From Flavobacteriales bacterium (GTDB lineage: Bacteria > Bacteroidota > Bacteroidia > Flavobacteriales_D > Crocinitomicaceae), in NCBI GenBank assembly GCA_038234235.1, contig JBBSUQ010000001.1, positions 1-41,817 on the forward strand: a stretch of DNA of 41,817 bases, read 5' to 3'. Below the pieces are notes generated by a model that worked only from the letters and a program-made list of their open reading frames with translations, ran no database searches and was not told the origin of the DNA. Made by a program: the position numbers and the translations under genes. Below, one piece after another: positions 27,302 through 37,486 of the stretch (its first letter is position 1; each line of letters opens with the position of its first letter).

Positions 27302-27934
27302 ATGAAATTGTTAAACTCAACTATAGCTGCTACAGCACTTTTATTGATTATTGGATGCAATAAACATGAAGTTGTTCCAGCCCCAACACCCAAGGTAGAT
27401 TTATACGCCCATTTTAAAGGTAATATTAATACTGGTGAAGTAGAATATACGCAAAACGTTGATGACTATGATTGTCACTCAACAAAAGCGAAAACAATTC
27501 TTCCTGCTGGTGGTCAATCTTATGCAATTTATTATAGCACAATAAGATCAGAGCAAGTTACACCTTATATGAAATTAGGTTTGGGAAATTTATATTATGA
27601 TGCAACGTCTTCAGAAAATCCACCATTAACTCAGTTCAATTCTTTTTTTAATATGAATTTAATCCCTCCATACACATTAAATGCAGTGGATGGTTTTATG
27701 GTTGAGTACAGAGATGGTTTAGGTAGAATCTGGAATTCTGTTGATACTACAAATAGTTTAAAAACCGTTACATTTTCTCAAATTAAACAAGAATCTGACG
27801 AAACAGGCGACTACAGTAAATTCAAATGTAACTTTGAATGTACAGTTTACAGAATGGTTATCCCAGGAGATTTAGCATCTACGGATTCATTGAAGATTAC
27901 AAATGGTGTTTTCGAAGGTTATTACAGACGTTAA
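27302..27934 (+). CDS. Hypothetical lipoprotein (210 aa)
   Basis: Signal peptide with lipobox LLIIG/C. A strong terminator follows. Confidence 0.65.
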   Translation: MKLLNSTIAATALLLIIGCNKHEVVPAPTPKVDLYAHFKGNINTGEVEYTQNVDDYDCHSTKAKTILPAGGQSYAIYYSTIRSEQVTPYMKLGLGNLYYDATSSENPPLTQFNSFFNMNLIPPYTLNAVDGFMVEYRDGLGRIWNSVDTTNSLKTVTFSQIKQESDETGDYSKFKCNFECTVYRMVIPGDLASTDSLKITNGVFEGYYRR

Positions 27935-27953
27935 AAATTGATAAAATATTGAA

Positions 27954-27983
27954 GCCGTTTCGTTTTGAAGCGGCTTTTTTTTT
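27954..27983 (+). terminator. Rho-independent terminator after the lipoprotein gene
   Basis: GCCGTTTC-gtttt-GAAGCGGC (8 bp including one G-U pair), followed by nine T residues. Confidence 0.8.
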
Positions 27984-28000
27984 ATTATTGAACTCAATAC

Positions 28001-28693
28001 ATGAGCGAAAGTTTAAAAATAGCCGTAATTGGTGATTACAATTTCACTTACTATTCACATCAGGCTACTAATCTGGCTATTGATCATGCAAGTTTGTTCC
28101 TAGAAGTTGACATATCTTATTATTGGATAAAAATTGCTGAAGCCATTACTTTCAAACCCAATCACTTTTTGCAGTACGATGGTATTTGGTTTGCTCCTGG
28201 TCCGTTTGAAAATTCTTTTTTCTTAAATGGAATTTGTGATAATATTCTAAAATCTAATGTTCCAGCTCTTTTAACCGGTGAAAGTTTTAAGGCGTTTATA
28301 GAAGTATTAATAGCCCACAATAACTTAAATCCATACCAAGAGAAATTGGTTTCAGATAATTTGGTGAGCGGAGAGCAATTTCAGAAAGTTGAAATTCATC
28401 CTCTAAGCAAAGAAATGAAAAAATTATATGAAAGTCATTCTAATATTGAGTTAAGTTCTGCACGTTTTAGTCTTTATCCTCAGCTTATAGATGCTTTGCA
28501 AAAAGATTTGGTTGACATTGAGGCGAACAATGAATTTGAAGAACCAGAAATAATTTCGTCCAAAACAAATGAGTTTTTAGTTGCATGTGGGTTTTGTCCA
28601 CAAATAAGTTCTACGCGAGAATTACCACATCCTTTGGTTTACACCTTCTTTAAAGCTTGTATGAACATACCATCAAAGCAGCCGAAAAATTAG
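28001..28693 (+). CDS. Stand-alone homologue of the glutamine-amidotransferase (C-terminal) half of CTP synthase, with the catalytic triad substituted
   Basis: Collinear with the E. coli PyrG C-terminal domain: KIAVIGDY vs IGMVGKY; YDGIWFAPGPF vs LDAILVPGGF; VPALLTGESF vs IPYLGICLGM; EFLVACGFCPQISSTRELPHPLVYTFFKA vs [29 protein letters not shown]. Confidence 0.75.
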   Translation: MSESLKIAVIGDYNFTYYSHQATNLAIDHASLFLEVDISYYWIKIAEAITFKPNHFLQYDGIWFAPGPFENSFFLNGICDNILKSNVPALLTGESFKAFIEVLIAHNNLNPYQEKLVSDNLVSGEQFQKVEIHPLSKEMKKLYESHSNIELSSARFSLYPQLIDALQKDLVDIEANNEFEEPEIISSKTNEFLVACGFCPQISSTRELPHPLVYTFFKACMNIPSKQPKN

Positions 28694-29181
28694 AATAAAC
28701 TTTCTTCCGCTTTATTTTCAATATATCCTTGATCCACTTTTAAGTCTTTTCCTTCTGCTGCATTGACAGCCAGTACATCACAAATTTCATTATAATAATT
28801 TCCTGCATGGCCTTTTACCCATATAAATTCCGCTTTTACTAAGGGATGGATTTTAAGAAAACGCAACCACAAATCTTTGTTCTTTTTCTTTTTAAATCCA
28901 GTTTTAACCCAAGAGAACACCCATTGTTTTGAAATAGAATCAATTACGTATTTTGAATCTGAAAAAACCTTAACAGGAATATCTCTATTTTTAATACTTT
29001 CCAAACCTACTATCACCGCCAAAAGTTCCATTCGGTTATTCGTTGTGAGCTGAAACCCATCAGACATTCGCTTTTCTTTATCTCCAAATTTTAAAACAAT
29101 ACCATAACCACCTCTGCCCGGATTGTTTTTTGCAGCTCCATCTGTATAAAGCTCTATGAAATTTGCTGATGTCATTCCCAC
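28690..29181 (-). CDS. rnhA: Ribonuclease HI
   Basis: ELYTDGA, TNNRMEL, SDSKYV and WVKGHAGN..NE.CD motifs (DEDD catalytic residues). Overlaps the convergent upstream gene by 4 nt. Confidence 0.9.
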   Translation of the reverse strand: MGMTSANFIELYTDGAAKNNPGRGGYGIVLKFGDKEKRMSDGFQLTTNNRMELLAVIVGLESIKNRDIPVKVFSDSKYVIDSISKQWVFSWVKTGFKKKKNKDLWLRFLKIHPLVKAEFIWVKGHAGNYYNEICDVLAVNAAEGKDLKVDQGYIENKAEESLF

Positions 29182-29262
29182 AAAATTAAACCAAAATTTA
29201 ATATAAACTTAGGAAACTTTTAATACATTTTTCGTTCCCGATACATTTTTTGTGTTAATTTT

Positions 29263-29877
29263 GTGCCCATGGAAGAAAAAGAAATTGAAATTCTACAAAA
29301 TGCGGCTCGTATTTTCATGCGATTTGGAATAAAAAGTGTTACGATGGATGATATTGCTAGAGAAATGGCAGTATCCAAAAAAACCCTTTATAAATATTTC
29401 GCAGATAAGAATGATTTGGTAAACAAAATAATAGACGCCAAATTAAATATGAATTTCGAAGAATGTAACGCTGCCAAAAAAGATAGTGTTAATGCGATAG
29501 ACGAATTATTTTTGATTAATAAGATGGTTCGTCAACAATTTGCAACTATTCATCCATCGGTATTTTATGACATGCAGAAATACCATCCTACTGCATGGCA
29601 AAAGATGAATGCTTTTCGCCAAAATCACATAAGACTTCAAATTGAGGAAAATACCGTTACAGGAATAAAAGAAGGTTTATACCGACAAAATGTCCATGTA
29701 GAAATATCTGCACAATTCTACCTTGTTTTGGTAAGCGCAATTTTGGCTGGAGAAATGTTAATTAATGACTATCAAATTCTTTTCAAAGAGTTAATGAGAA
29801 ATCATGTCCGTGCTTTGGCAACAGAAAAAGGTATTGAATATTTAATTGATAGAATTAATAAAGATGAAAATGAATAA
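29263..29877 (+). CDS. TetR/AcrR-family transcriptional regulator
   Basis: N-terminal HTH FGIKSVTMDDIAREMAVSKKTLYKYFADKNDLV. It is the first gene of the efflux operon. Confidence 0.9.
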   Translation: MPMEEKEIEILQNAARIFMRFGIKSVTMDDIAREMAVSKKTLYKYFADKNDLVNKIIDAKLNMNFEECNAAKKDSVNAIDELFLINKMVRQQFATIHPSVFYDMQKYHPTAWQKMNAFRQNHIRLQIEENTVTGIKEGLYRQNVHVEISAQFYLVLVSAILAGEMLINDYQILFKELMRNHVRALATEKGIEYLIDRINKDENE

Positions 29878-31213
29878 ATTAAAACCCTGGATACCCATAT
29901 TTTTCCTAATTATAGGTGTCAAAAGCTTTGCACAACAAAGTTTTACTTTGGAGACTGCAAAACAATATGCTTTAGAAAATAATTTTAAAGTAAAAAATTC
30001 TGAATTAGACTTACAAAATGCTGATTTGATAGTCAAAGAAACCAGGGGAATAGGCTTGCCTCAAGTGAATTTGGAAGGAGCATTTACTCACTTTTTAAAT
30101 ATTCCAGTTCAAGTAGTAGATGCAGGTTTTATTAATCCTAATGCACCTGCAGGATCAACAATTTCATTTAGAGCTGGAACAGAATTTTCTTCAAGTGGTT
30201 CTTTGAAAGCCTCACAGTTAATTTTTAATGGATCTTATTTGATAGCATTACAAGTTTCTAAATTTTATGTGGAGTTGCAACAAACATATTCTCAACAAAC
30301 AAAAGAAGAAGTTTTGTTTAGTGTGATTCAGGCGTATGAAATGGCAACAGTAGCAAAAGCCAATTTAGTTTTTTTAGATTCTATGGTCCAGACTACTGAA
30401 AAGATAGTAAAAGAGCAACAAAATTATCTAGAATTAGGAATGATTACACAAGAAGTAATTGACCAATTAAATTACAGTGTTTTAACCACAAAAAATGCTC
30501 AGTTGAATGCTGATTTGCAATACAAAAATTCGCTTACGATGCTAAAACTGGCAATGAATTATCCCATAGAACAAGAAATTGTGGTAACAGAAAATGTTAA
30601 TGAATTAATGGGAAAAACGGCTAGCATTGCAACTAAAAATGATGTGAAACAAAATATAACTTATAGTTTATTGGAAAAACAAGTAATGGTAACTGAATAT
30701 ACGTTGAAAAATGATAAAGCCGCCAATTTGCCAAGTTTAAATGGCTTTTTTCAACATACTTATAACGCTTACCGAAATGAATTTAATTTTTTGGATAGTG
30801 ATAAAAAATGGTTCCCCCAGACCTTTTACGGACTTTCACTATCAATTCCCGTTTTTTCTGGTTTGCAGAGATATAATAAAATAGAGCAGGCAAAGGTTAA
30901 CGTTCTCAAGGCTGAAAATGACTTGTCTAATTATGAACAAACCTTAAAAGCACAAGAAATTCAGTTTAAAAACAATTTATATTCGGCACAACAAAGAATG
31001 GTTTTGCAAGAAGCAAATTTAAAATTGGCAACTACGATTTATCAGAATGCCACAATCAAAAGAGAAATAGGAAGTGCAACAGCAGTAGAAGTTACACAAA
31101 AATACAATCAACTTATGATGGCACAAACTGAATATGTTTCTGCATCAATTGATGTTTTGCTAGCTCAATTAAACATTGATAAGTTGTTCAATAATATTTT
31201 ACCAAATAATTAA
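29864..31213 (+). CDS. TolC-family outer-membrane efflux protein
   Basis: The likely start is the ATG at 29864 (MKMNKLKPWIPIFFLIIGVKSFAQQ signal); the track start at 29846 is TTG. Shows the two-repeat coiled-coil/beta-barrel pattern typical of OMF proteins and overlaps the end of the TetR gene. Confidence 0.85.
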   Translation: MKMNKLKPWIPIFFLIIGVKSFAQQSFTLETAKQYALENNFKVKNSELDLQNADLIVKETRGIGLPQVNLEGAFTHFLNIPVQVVDAGFINPNAPAGSTISFRAGTEFSSSGSLKASQLIFNGSYLIALQVSKFYVELQQTYSQQTKEEVLFSVIQAYEMATVAKANLVFLDSMVQTTEKIVKEQQNYLELGMITQEVIDQLNYSVLTTKNAQLNADLQYKNSLTMLKLAMNYPIEQEIVVTENVNELMGKTASIATKNDVKQNITYSLLEKQVMVTEYTLKNDKAANLPSLNGFFQHTYNAYRNEFNFLDSDKKWFPQTFYGLSLSIPVFSGLQRYNKIEQAKVNVLKAENDLSNYEQTLKAQEIQFKNNLYSAQQRMVLQEANLKLATTIYQNATIKREIGSATAVEVTQKYNQLMMAQTEYVSASIDVLLAQLNIDKLFNNILPNN

Positions 31214-31235
31214 TATCACAGACAAAAAAAATAAC

Positions 31236-32300
31236 ATGAAAAAATCAGTTTATATTTTCGCAATTGCATCAATTATAATAGCTACACTTCAATCTTGCGG
31301 TGGTGAAATAGAAGTGGGAGATGAAGAATCTAAGGACGAAACAAACTTAAAGCCTCTTGTTGAAATGGACACTTTAGTTGTTGGATTATACGAACATAAA
31401 ATTATCACTCAAGGAAATGTAACTACAGATCAAGATGTAATTTTAAATTCAGAGGCAAATGGAGTTATCACTAAAGTTTATGTAAAAGAAGGTCAAAAAG
31501 TATCTCAAGGTCAAACTTTGGCAAGCATTGACGCAAGTATTATAAGTGCGAATCTTAATGAGTTGCAAACTAAATTAGATTATGCAGAATATATGCTTGG
31601 CAAACAGCAAGAATTGAAAAATAGAGGAGTAGGTTCTGAATTTGATTTAGAGCAGGCAAAAAGTCAGGTAAATTCTATTAAGGCAAGCATGAGAAGTTTA
31701 CAAACTCAAAGAGGAAAATCGATTGTTAAAGCACCATTTTCGGGCATAGTAGATAAGATTTTTGCCAAGGACGGACAAATGGCAGGTCCGCAAACGCCAG
31801 TTTTACGTTTGGTAAATGGTTCTACGATTGATATAACTTCAGATATTTCAGAAAAACACCTAGCGCACATAAGATTGGGAACTCCTGTCGATATTTCTTT
31901 TCCGAATTTTAGAGATACCGTTTTGCATCAAAGAGTTACATACATGGGAGCTTATATAGAACCAACCAACCGTACTTTTAGAATAATGAGTACGATAAAA
32001 AACAATAAAATATTAATTCCTAATATGTTAGCAGAATTAAGAATAACAGATTTGAAATTTGACAATGCTAAAATAATTGATTCTAAGGCGATTCTTAAAA
32101 ATCAAAACAACGAAGATTATGTCTTTATAGCGGTGAAGATTAAAGATAAAGAATACAAATTAAAACAGGTTGCGGTTAAGGTAATAAGTAAGTATGAAGG
32201 CAAAGCTTACATTGAATCTAGCGAACTAAAAGAAGGAGATTTAATTGTTTCTCAAGGAGGAAATAATTTGATAAATGGAGACGTGGTGCGTATCAAATAA
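31236..32300 (+). CDS. Efflux RND periplasmic adaptor (membrane fusion protein, HlyD family), lipoprotein
   Basis: The likely start is the ATG at 31236 (MKKSVYIFAIASIIIATLQS/C lipobox). Lipoyl-like motif GVITKVYVKEGQKVSQGQTLASID and IVKAPFSGIV. Confidence 0.9.
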   Translation: MKKSVYIFAIASIIIATLQSCGGEIEVGDEESKDETNLKPLVEMDTLVVGLYEHKIITQGNVTTDQDVILNSEANGVITKVYVKEGQKVSQGQTLASIDASIISANLNELQTKLDYAEYMLGKQQELKNRGVGSEFDLEQAKSQVNSIKASMRSLQTQRGKSIVKAPFSGIVDKIFAKDGQMAGPQTPVLRLVNGSTIDITSDISEKHLAHIRLGTPVDISFPNFRDTVLHQRVTYMGAYIEPTNRTFRIMSTIKNNKILIPNMLAELRITDLKFDNAKIIDSKAILKNQNNEDYVFIAVKIKDKEYKLKQVAVKVISKYEGKAYIESSELKEGDLIVSQGGNNLINGDVVRIK

Positions 32301-32333
32301 TAATTCTATTTATCAAAAAGAAAAGACACAGTA

Positions 32334-35300
32334 ATGGAAAATAAAAGCAAAGGTTTTGGCTTGTCATCTTGGTCAGTCACTAACCGAAAAACAGTATTTT
32401 TAATAGGAATAATAATTATTCTTGCAGGATTGGGTGCTTACTCAAGTATGCCTAAGGAACAGTTTCCTGAAATAGCAATACCCGAAATATACATTGGTGT
32501 AGCAAAACCTGGTTCTTCCCCTGAATACATGTCAAAGAAAATAGTTGAAGCTATAGAAACAGAACTTGCAGGAATGAAATTGGTTGATGAAATTAATTCA
32601 AATGCAGTTCACGGATATGCTACAATACGTGTAAAATTCGACTTTAAAATGCCCGTTGATGAAGGCTTGCAAAAAGTGAAAGATGCAATTGACAAAGCAA
32701 GAACTAAAACCGACTTTCCTGATTTGCCTATTGAACCGAATATTTTTGAAATGGATCCTAGTAAGTTACCTATTTTGAATGTGAATTTACGAGGAGCCGA
32801 TCCAGTTAAATTAAAACGAATTGCTGAAGAATTAGAAGATAGAATTGAAGATTTAGCAGAAATTAATGAAGTAGATTTGAGAGGAGTTCAAACGCAAGAA
32901 ATGCGTATTGAGGTAGATCCAATTAGAGCACAGGCAGTAAATGTTTCTTTAGATGATATACAAAATGCAGTTGCATCTGAAAATCAAACTATTCCGGGAG
33001 GTGAGATTTTAATGGATGGAATGCGCAAAACAATACGAATTGAAGGTGAATTTAAAAATGCAGATGAATTAAAACAAATTGTAGTTAAACAAGATGACTA
33101 TTTGCCAGTTCATTTAGAAGATATTGCCGAAGTATTTTTTGGTAACGGTGACACAACTTCTTATGCACGTGAATTTGGAAATACTGTTGTAATGCTCGAT
33201 GTGAAAAAACAATCGGGTAAAAATTTATTGGATGCTTCAGACAAAATCAAAGAAATTTTAGCAGAAGCCCACAAAGATGGAACAATACCAAGCAATGTAA
33301 TTGTTTCAATAACAAACGATCAGTCCAACCAAACCCGCGATATGGTTTCCAATTTAGAGAACTCAATATACATGGGGATTCTATTAGTTGTTGGCGTTTT
33401 AATGTTTTTCTTAGGATTAAGAAATGCACTTTTTGTTGGTATTGCAATTCCTTTGTCTATGCTCATGTCATTTTTAATTCTTAATACTGCGGGAGTTACT
33501 TTAAATGTAATGGTTTTGTTTTCATTAGTACTCGCCTTGGGAATGTTGGTAGATAATGGAATTGTTATTGTTGAAAATATCTATAGAAACTTATCTGACG
33601 GTTTGCCCATTATTCAAGCTGTTAAAGCAGGAGTAGGAGAAGTTGCATGGCCAATTATATCATCAACGGCGACCACTGTTGCTGCGTTTATTCCATTGGC
33701 TATTTGGCCGGGTATAATGGGTGAATTTATGAAATATTTACCGATAACTTTAATTGTGGTTTTGGGATCATCGTTATTTGTTGCTTTGGTTATAAACCCA
33801 GTTCTTGCCGTTTCTTTTATGAAGTTGGAAGAGAAAGTTTCGACTAATAAAAAAACCAACAGAATGGCAATAATTTTAGGATCAGTTGGAATTATATTTT
33901 TGATTTTACAAGTTTTTGTTTTAGGTAATCTTTTAATTATAATTGCAATTTTTACGCTACTAAATCATTATATATTTAAGCCGGCTGCCACTAAGTTTCA
34001 AAACAATGCATTGCCGAAAATGGAAGCAAGGTATGGGCGCTTTCTTACTTATGCAGTTGCTGGCAAAAATCCACGTAAATTTTTATTTGGAACCATTGGA
34101 CTGTTTGTAGTTTCAATATTTTTAATGATAGTTTTTCCTCCGAAAGTAATTTTTATGCCCGATGGAGAACCAAATTACATTAATGTTTTTGTTTCATATC
34201 CAATCGGAACAGATATAAAAGTTGTGAATGAAACTACTTTAAAATTGGAAAGTGAAATCAATAAAATATTAGATCCATATCTTAAAGATACTGTTGGCAT
34301 ACCAAAAGAAGAACAGTTAATTCAATCGATTATTTCTCAAGTTGGAGATGGAACTTCTGATCCTGCCCAAGGAGTATCAAATGGTAACACTCCTAACAAA
34401 GCACGATTGACAGTCAACTTTGTAGAATCTCAATTTAGAAAGGGTTTTGCTACAAGTATCATTATGAAAAAAATTCAGGAGAAAACAAGAAATATGTTTA
34501 CTGCTGAAGTTGAAGTAAGTGTTGCCAAAGATCAAAACGGGCCACCAACTGGTGCACCAATTAATATTGAATTGTCAGGTAGAGGTGATTATAAAGATCT
34601 TATTTTACAAGCCAATGATTTGAAAACATATCTTGATAGAAAACAAATTAAAGGAGTTGAAAAATTGAAATTGGATGTTGATGCCAGCCGACAAGAAATT
34701 CCGATTAGAGTAAACCGAAACCAAATTAGAAAATTGAATTCTTCTACAATGCAGGTTGGTCAAGCAATTAGAAAAGCACTTTTGGGACAAGATATTTCTA
34801 CCTATACTTTGAATGATGAGACTTATGATATTGTTGTAAGATTCAATCAAAAAAATAGAGAAAGTCTTGATGCATTATTAGATCAAGAATTAATTTTTAG
34901 AAACAATGAAGGAAAACTTTTAAATATCCCAATTCGTTCGGTGATCGAAGATCCTAAGGAAAGTGTTTCTTTTTCTGCTGTAATTCGTAAAGACCAAGTG
35001 CCAGTTGTTAGTGTTTTAAGTAATGTTGTGGAAGGTTTTAATGCAAATGAAGTTGTGGCAGCAGTTAAAAAAACCATCGATCAATATATAAAAGCAGATA
35101 AATTGGATCCCAAATTCACTTATAAATTTGGTGGCGAGCAAGAAGAGCAAGCTAAAGAAATGGCGTTTTTGAGTAAAGCTTTATTAATTGCCGTATTTAT
35201 GATTTTACTAATTATAGTTGCCCAATTCAACAGTTATTCTGCTCCAGCTGTCATTATGCTTACTGTAATGTTATCGCTTATTGGCGTGTTGTTAGGATTG

Positions 35301-35795
35301 GTTATCTCAAGACAAGATTTCGTAATTATCATGACAATGATTGGAATTATTTCTCTGGCCGGAGTTGTAGTAAACAATGCGATAGTTCTAATAGATTTTA
35401 CGAATTCATTAAGAATGAAAAAGCGCGAAGAGTTAAAGTTGGGTGAGTTTGATCATTTGCCAAAAGAAGATGTAGTTGCTGCGATAATTGAAGCTGGAAA
35501 AACAAGGTTGCGACCAGTATTGCTAACTGCGATTACTACAATTTTAGGTCTTATACCTTTGGCAATTGGTTTTAATATAGATTTTGGAAGTTTTCTTTCA
35601 ACTTACAATCCTAAAATTTATTTTGGTGGTGATAACAATGCATTTTTCGCACCAATGTCTTGGACTATAATCTTTGGGCTTACTTTCGCAACATTCTTAA
35701 CATTGGTTATTATTCCGAGTCTTTACCTTATTACGCATAATATGAAAGTTAATTTATACAGAAGACTAAAAGTGAAATACCGTAGCAATATTTAA
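32334..35795 (+). CDS. Efflux RND transporter permease (AcrB/AcrD/AcrF family), 1153 aa
   Basis: TM1 plus large periplasmic loops. Conserved TM4 region LALGMLVDNGIVIVENI and TM10 region GVVVNNAIVLIDF. Confidence 0.95.
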   Translation: MENKSKGFGLSSWSVTNRKTVFLIGIIIILAGLGAYSSMPKEQFPEIAIPEIYIGVAKPGSSPEYMSKKIVEAIETELAGMKLVDEINSNAVHGYATIRVKFDFKMPVDEGLQKVKDAIDKARTKTDFPDLPIEPNIFEMDPSKLPILNVNLRGADPVKLKRIAEELEDRIEDLAEINEVDLRGVQTQEMRIEVDPIRAQAVNVSLDDIQNAVASENQTIPGGEILMDGMRKTIRIEGEFKNADELKQIVVKQDDYLPVHLEDIAEVFFGNGDTTSYAREFGNTVVMLDVKKQSGKNLLDASDKIKEILAEAHKDGTIPSNVIVSITNDQSNQTRDMVSNLENSIYMGILLVVGVLMFFLGLRNALFVGIAIPLSMLMSFLILNTAGVTLNVMVLFSLVLALGMLVDNGIVIVENIYRNLSDGLPIIQAVKAGVGEVAWPIISSTATTVAAFIPLAIWPGIMGEFMKYLPITLIVVLGSSLFVALVINPVLAVSFMKLEEKVSTNKKTNRMAIILGSVGIIFLILQVFVLGNLLIIIAIFTLLNHYIFKPAATKFQNNALPKMEARYGRFLTYAVAGKNPRKFLFGTIGLFVVSIFLMIVFPPKVIFMPDGEPNYINVFVSYPIGTDIKVVNETTLKLESEINKILDPYLKDTVGIPKEEQLIQSIISQVGDGTSDPAQGVSNGNTPNKARLTVNFVESQFRKGFATSIIMKKIQEKTRNMFTAEVEVSVAKDQNGPPTGAPINIELSGRGDYKDLILQANDLKTYLDRKQIKGVEKLKLDVDASRQEIPIRVNRNQIRKLNSSTMQVGQAIRKALLGQDISTYTLNDETYDIVVRFNQKNRESLDALLDQELIFRNNEGKLLNIPIRSVIEDPKESVSFSAVIRKDQVPVVSVLSNVVEGFNANEVVAAVKKTIDQYIKADKLDPKFTYKFGGEQEEQAKEMAFLSKALLIAVFMILLIIVAQFNSYSAPAVIMLTVMLSLIGVLLGLVISRQDFVIIMTMIGIISLAGVVVNNAIVLIDFTNSLRMKKREELKLGEFDHLPKEDVVAAIIEAGKTRLRPVLLTAITTILGLIPLAIGFNIDFGSFLSTYNPKIYFGGDNNAFFAPMSWTIIFGLTFATFLTLVIIPSLYLITHNMKVNLYRRLKVKYRSNI

Positions 35796-36101
35796 ATTAA
35801 TCAAAAATTTCTACACAATTTTAAGTGTTAGGATTCCAATAATTATTTTGGTATCTAATAGACAAATGAAGGTATTTTCGCCATGAAATAGAATAATAAA
35901 TCGATTAAAAGATTAAAAGAAAGAAAGCAAGAAGAATAGATTACAAAAGACGCAATATTTTAGTTTTAAATGATAGTTTAAGTAGTGAAATTAAAATTAA
36001 TTTTACACTGTCTTAAGTGACTAAGTCTTCAACGAGATGATTAAAAAAGAAATATAGAATACAATATATAAAGATCTTTTTCAGTGAATAGTGGTTAGGT
36101 T

Positions 36102-36139
36102 AAAGAAAAGCGGCCCTCCTCCCGGAGAGTCGCTTTTTG
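36102..36139. terminator. Bidirectional GC-rich intrinsic terminator downstream of kbl
   Basis: GCGGCCCTCC-tccc-GGAGAGTCGC: 9 of 10 positions pair, one of them a G-U. It is flanked by AAAGAAAA on one side and TTTTT on the other. On the minus strand it lies 20 nt after the kbl stop. Confidence 0.7.
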
Positions 36140-36159
36140 ATTATAGTAACTTTTTTATT

Positions 36160-37350
36160 TTAATCTATTACCTTTAGTTCTTTCCCAATTTTCACAAATG
36201 CTGCAATGGCCTTGTCCAAATCGGCGATACTGTGTGCGGCAGAAATTTGCGTACGGATACGAGCCGCGCCTTTTGCAACTACTGGATAGAAAAAACCTAT
36301 TGCATAAATTCCTTCTTCTAATAATTTATCGGCAAAATTTTGAGAAAGGGCTGCATCGTATAACATAATTGGAACAATTGGAGAATCTCCGGGTTTTATG
36401 TCAAATCCAGCTTCTATAATTGCCTTTTTGAAATATTTGGTATTTTCTTCTAACTTGTCGCGTAATTCTGTTGTAGAGCTTAATAAATCAAACACTTTTA
36501 TTGACGCACCTACAATTGCGGGAGCCAAGGAGTTTGAGAACAAATAAGGTCTAGATCTTTGTCTTAGCAATTCAATGATTTCTTTCTTACCAGTTGTGTA
36601 ACCGCCCATAGCGCCGCCCAATGCTTTGCCCAAGGTTCCAGTTATAATATCAACTCGATCCATGCAATTATGGTATTCAGGAACACCTCTACCAGTTTTA
36701 CCGATAAATCCAGCTGAGTGACATTCATCCGTCATCACTAGCGCATCGTATTTATCAGCTAAGTCACAAATTTCATTCATTTTTGCGATGTCACCATCCA
36801 TGGAAAAAACTCCGTCCGTAACGATTATTCTGAATCTCTGGTCTTGGGCTTTTTTCAATTGTTCCTCCAAATCGTTCATGTCTGAATGTTTGTAGCGGTA
36901 TCTTTGAGCTTTGCACAATCTAACACCATCAATAATTGAAGCATGGTTTAATTCGTCGGAAATTATAGCATCTTCTTCGCCAAATAAAGGTTCAAAAACG
37001 CCACCATTTGCATCAAAAGCGGCGGCATACAATATCGTGTCTTCTGTACCGTAAAACTTAGCTATTTTTGCTTCTAATTCTTTATGAATATCTTGAGTTC
37101 CACAAATAAATCTTACTGACGACATACCGTAACCATGAGAATCTAAAGCATTTTTAGCGGCGCTGACAACTTCTGGATGAGAACTCAATCCGAGGTAATT
37201 GTTGGCGCACATAATGATAACTTCATCGCCCGATTGCACTTTAACTTTTGCACCTTGTGGAGTGATAATAATCCGTTCTTTTTTAAATATCCCATCTTCT
37301 TTAATTTGTTCAAGTTCTTTGGAGAGATGATCTTGTAATTTTCCGTACAT
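36160..37350 (-). CDS. kbl: Glycine C-acetyltransferase (2-amino-3-ketobutyrate CoA ligase)
   Basis: 396 aa alpha-oxoamine synthase. [24 protein letters not shown], and TLGKALGG containing the PLP lysine. Confidence 0.95.
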   Translation of the reverse strand: MYGKLQDHLSKELEQIKEDGIFKKERIIITPQGAKVKVQSGDEVIIMCANNYLGLSSHPEVVSAAKNALDSHGYGMSSVRFICGTQDIHKELEAKIAKFYGTEDTILYAAAFDANGGVFEPLFGEEDAIISDELNHASIIDGVRLCKAQRYRYKHSDMNDLEEQLKKAQDQRFRIIVTDGVFSMDGDIAKMNEICDLADKYDALVMTDECHSAGFIGKTGRGVPEYHNCMDRVDIITGTLGKALGGAMGGYTTGKKEIIELLRQRSRPYLFSNSLAPAIVGASIKVFDLLSSTTELRDKLEENTKYFKKAIIEAGFDIKPGDSPIVPIMLYDAALSQNFADKLLEEGIYAIGFFYPVVAKGAARIRTQISAAHSIADLDKAIAAFVKIGKELKVID

Positions 37351-37366
37351 AGTTAATTCTTTTTTT

Positions 37367-37374
37367 CAAAGATA
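37367..37374 (-). promoter_or_regulatory. Candidate -7 box (TATCTTTG) for kbl
   Basis: TAnnTTTG match on the minus strand 17-24 nt upstream of the kbl ATG. Confidence 0.4.
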
Positions 37375-37395
37375 AGAAATTGTGAACTGCAATTG

Positions 37396-37416
37396 GCAGA
37401 TTGCAGATTACAGATT
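37396..37416. repeat. Tandem heptamer repeat GCAGATT GCAGATT ACAGATT, with a degenerate fourth unit TGTAATT
   Basis: Read directly: 20 of 21 positions are identical across the three units. Lies just upstream of the candidate kbl promoter. Confidence 0.8.
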
Positions 37417-37468
37417 TGTAATTTGGCTATTGGCCAGAATAAACAAATTATTTAAGTGAGGGTCTGTC

Positions 37469-37486
37469 TCCTCCCTCGAGGGAGGA
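37469..37486. repeat. Perfect 18-bp GC-rich palindrome TCCTCCCTCGAGGGAGGA in the intergenic region between kbl and the CAP-domain gene
   Basis: The sequence is its own reverse complement. It is followed by the direct repeat GGAGGAT-taa-GGAGGAT, and GACCC-tt-GACCC lies nearby at 37529-37540. Confidence 0.85.
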
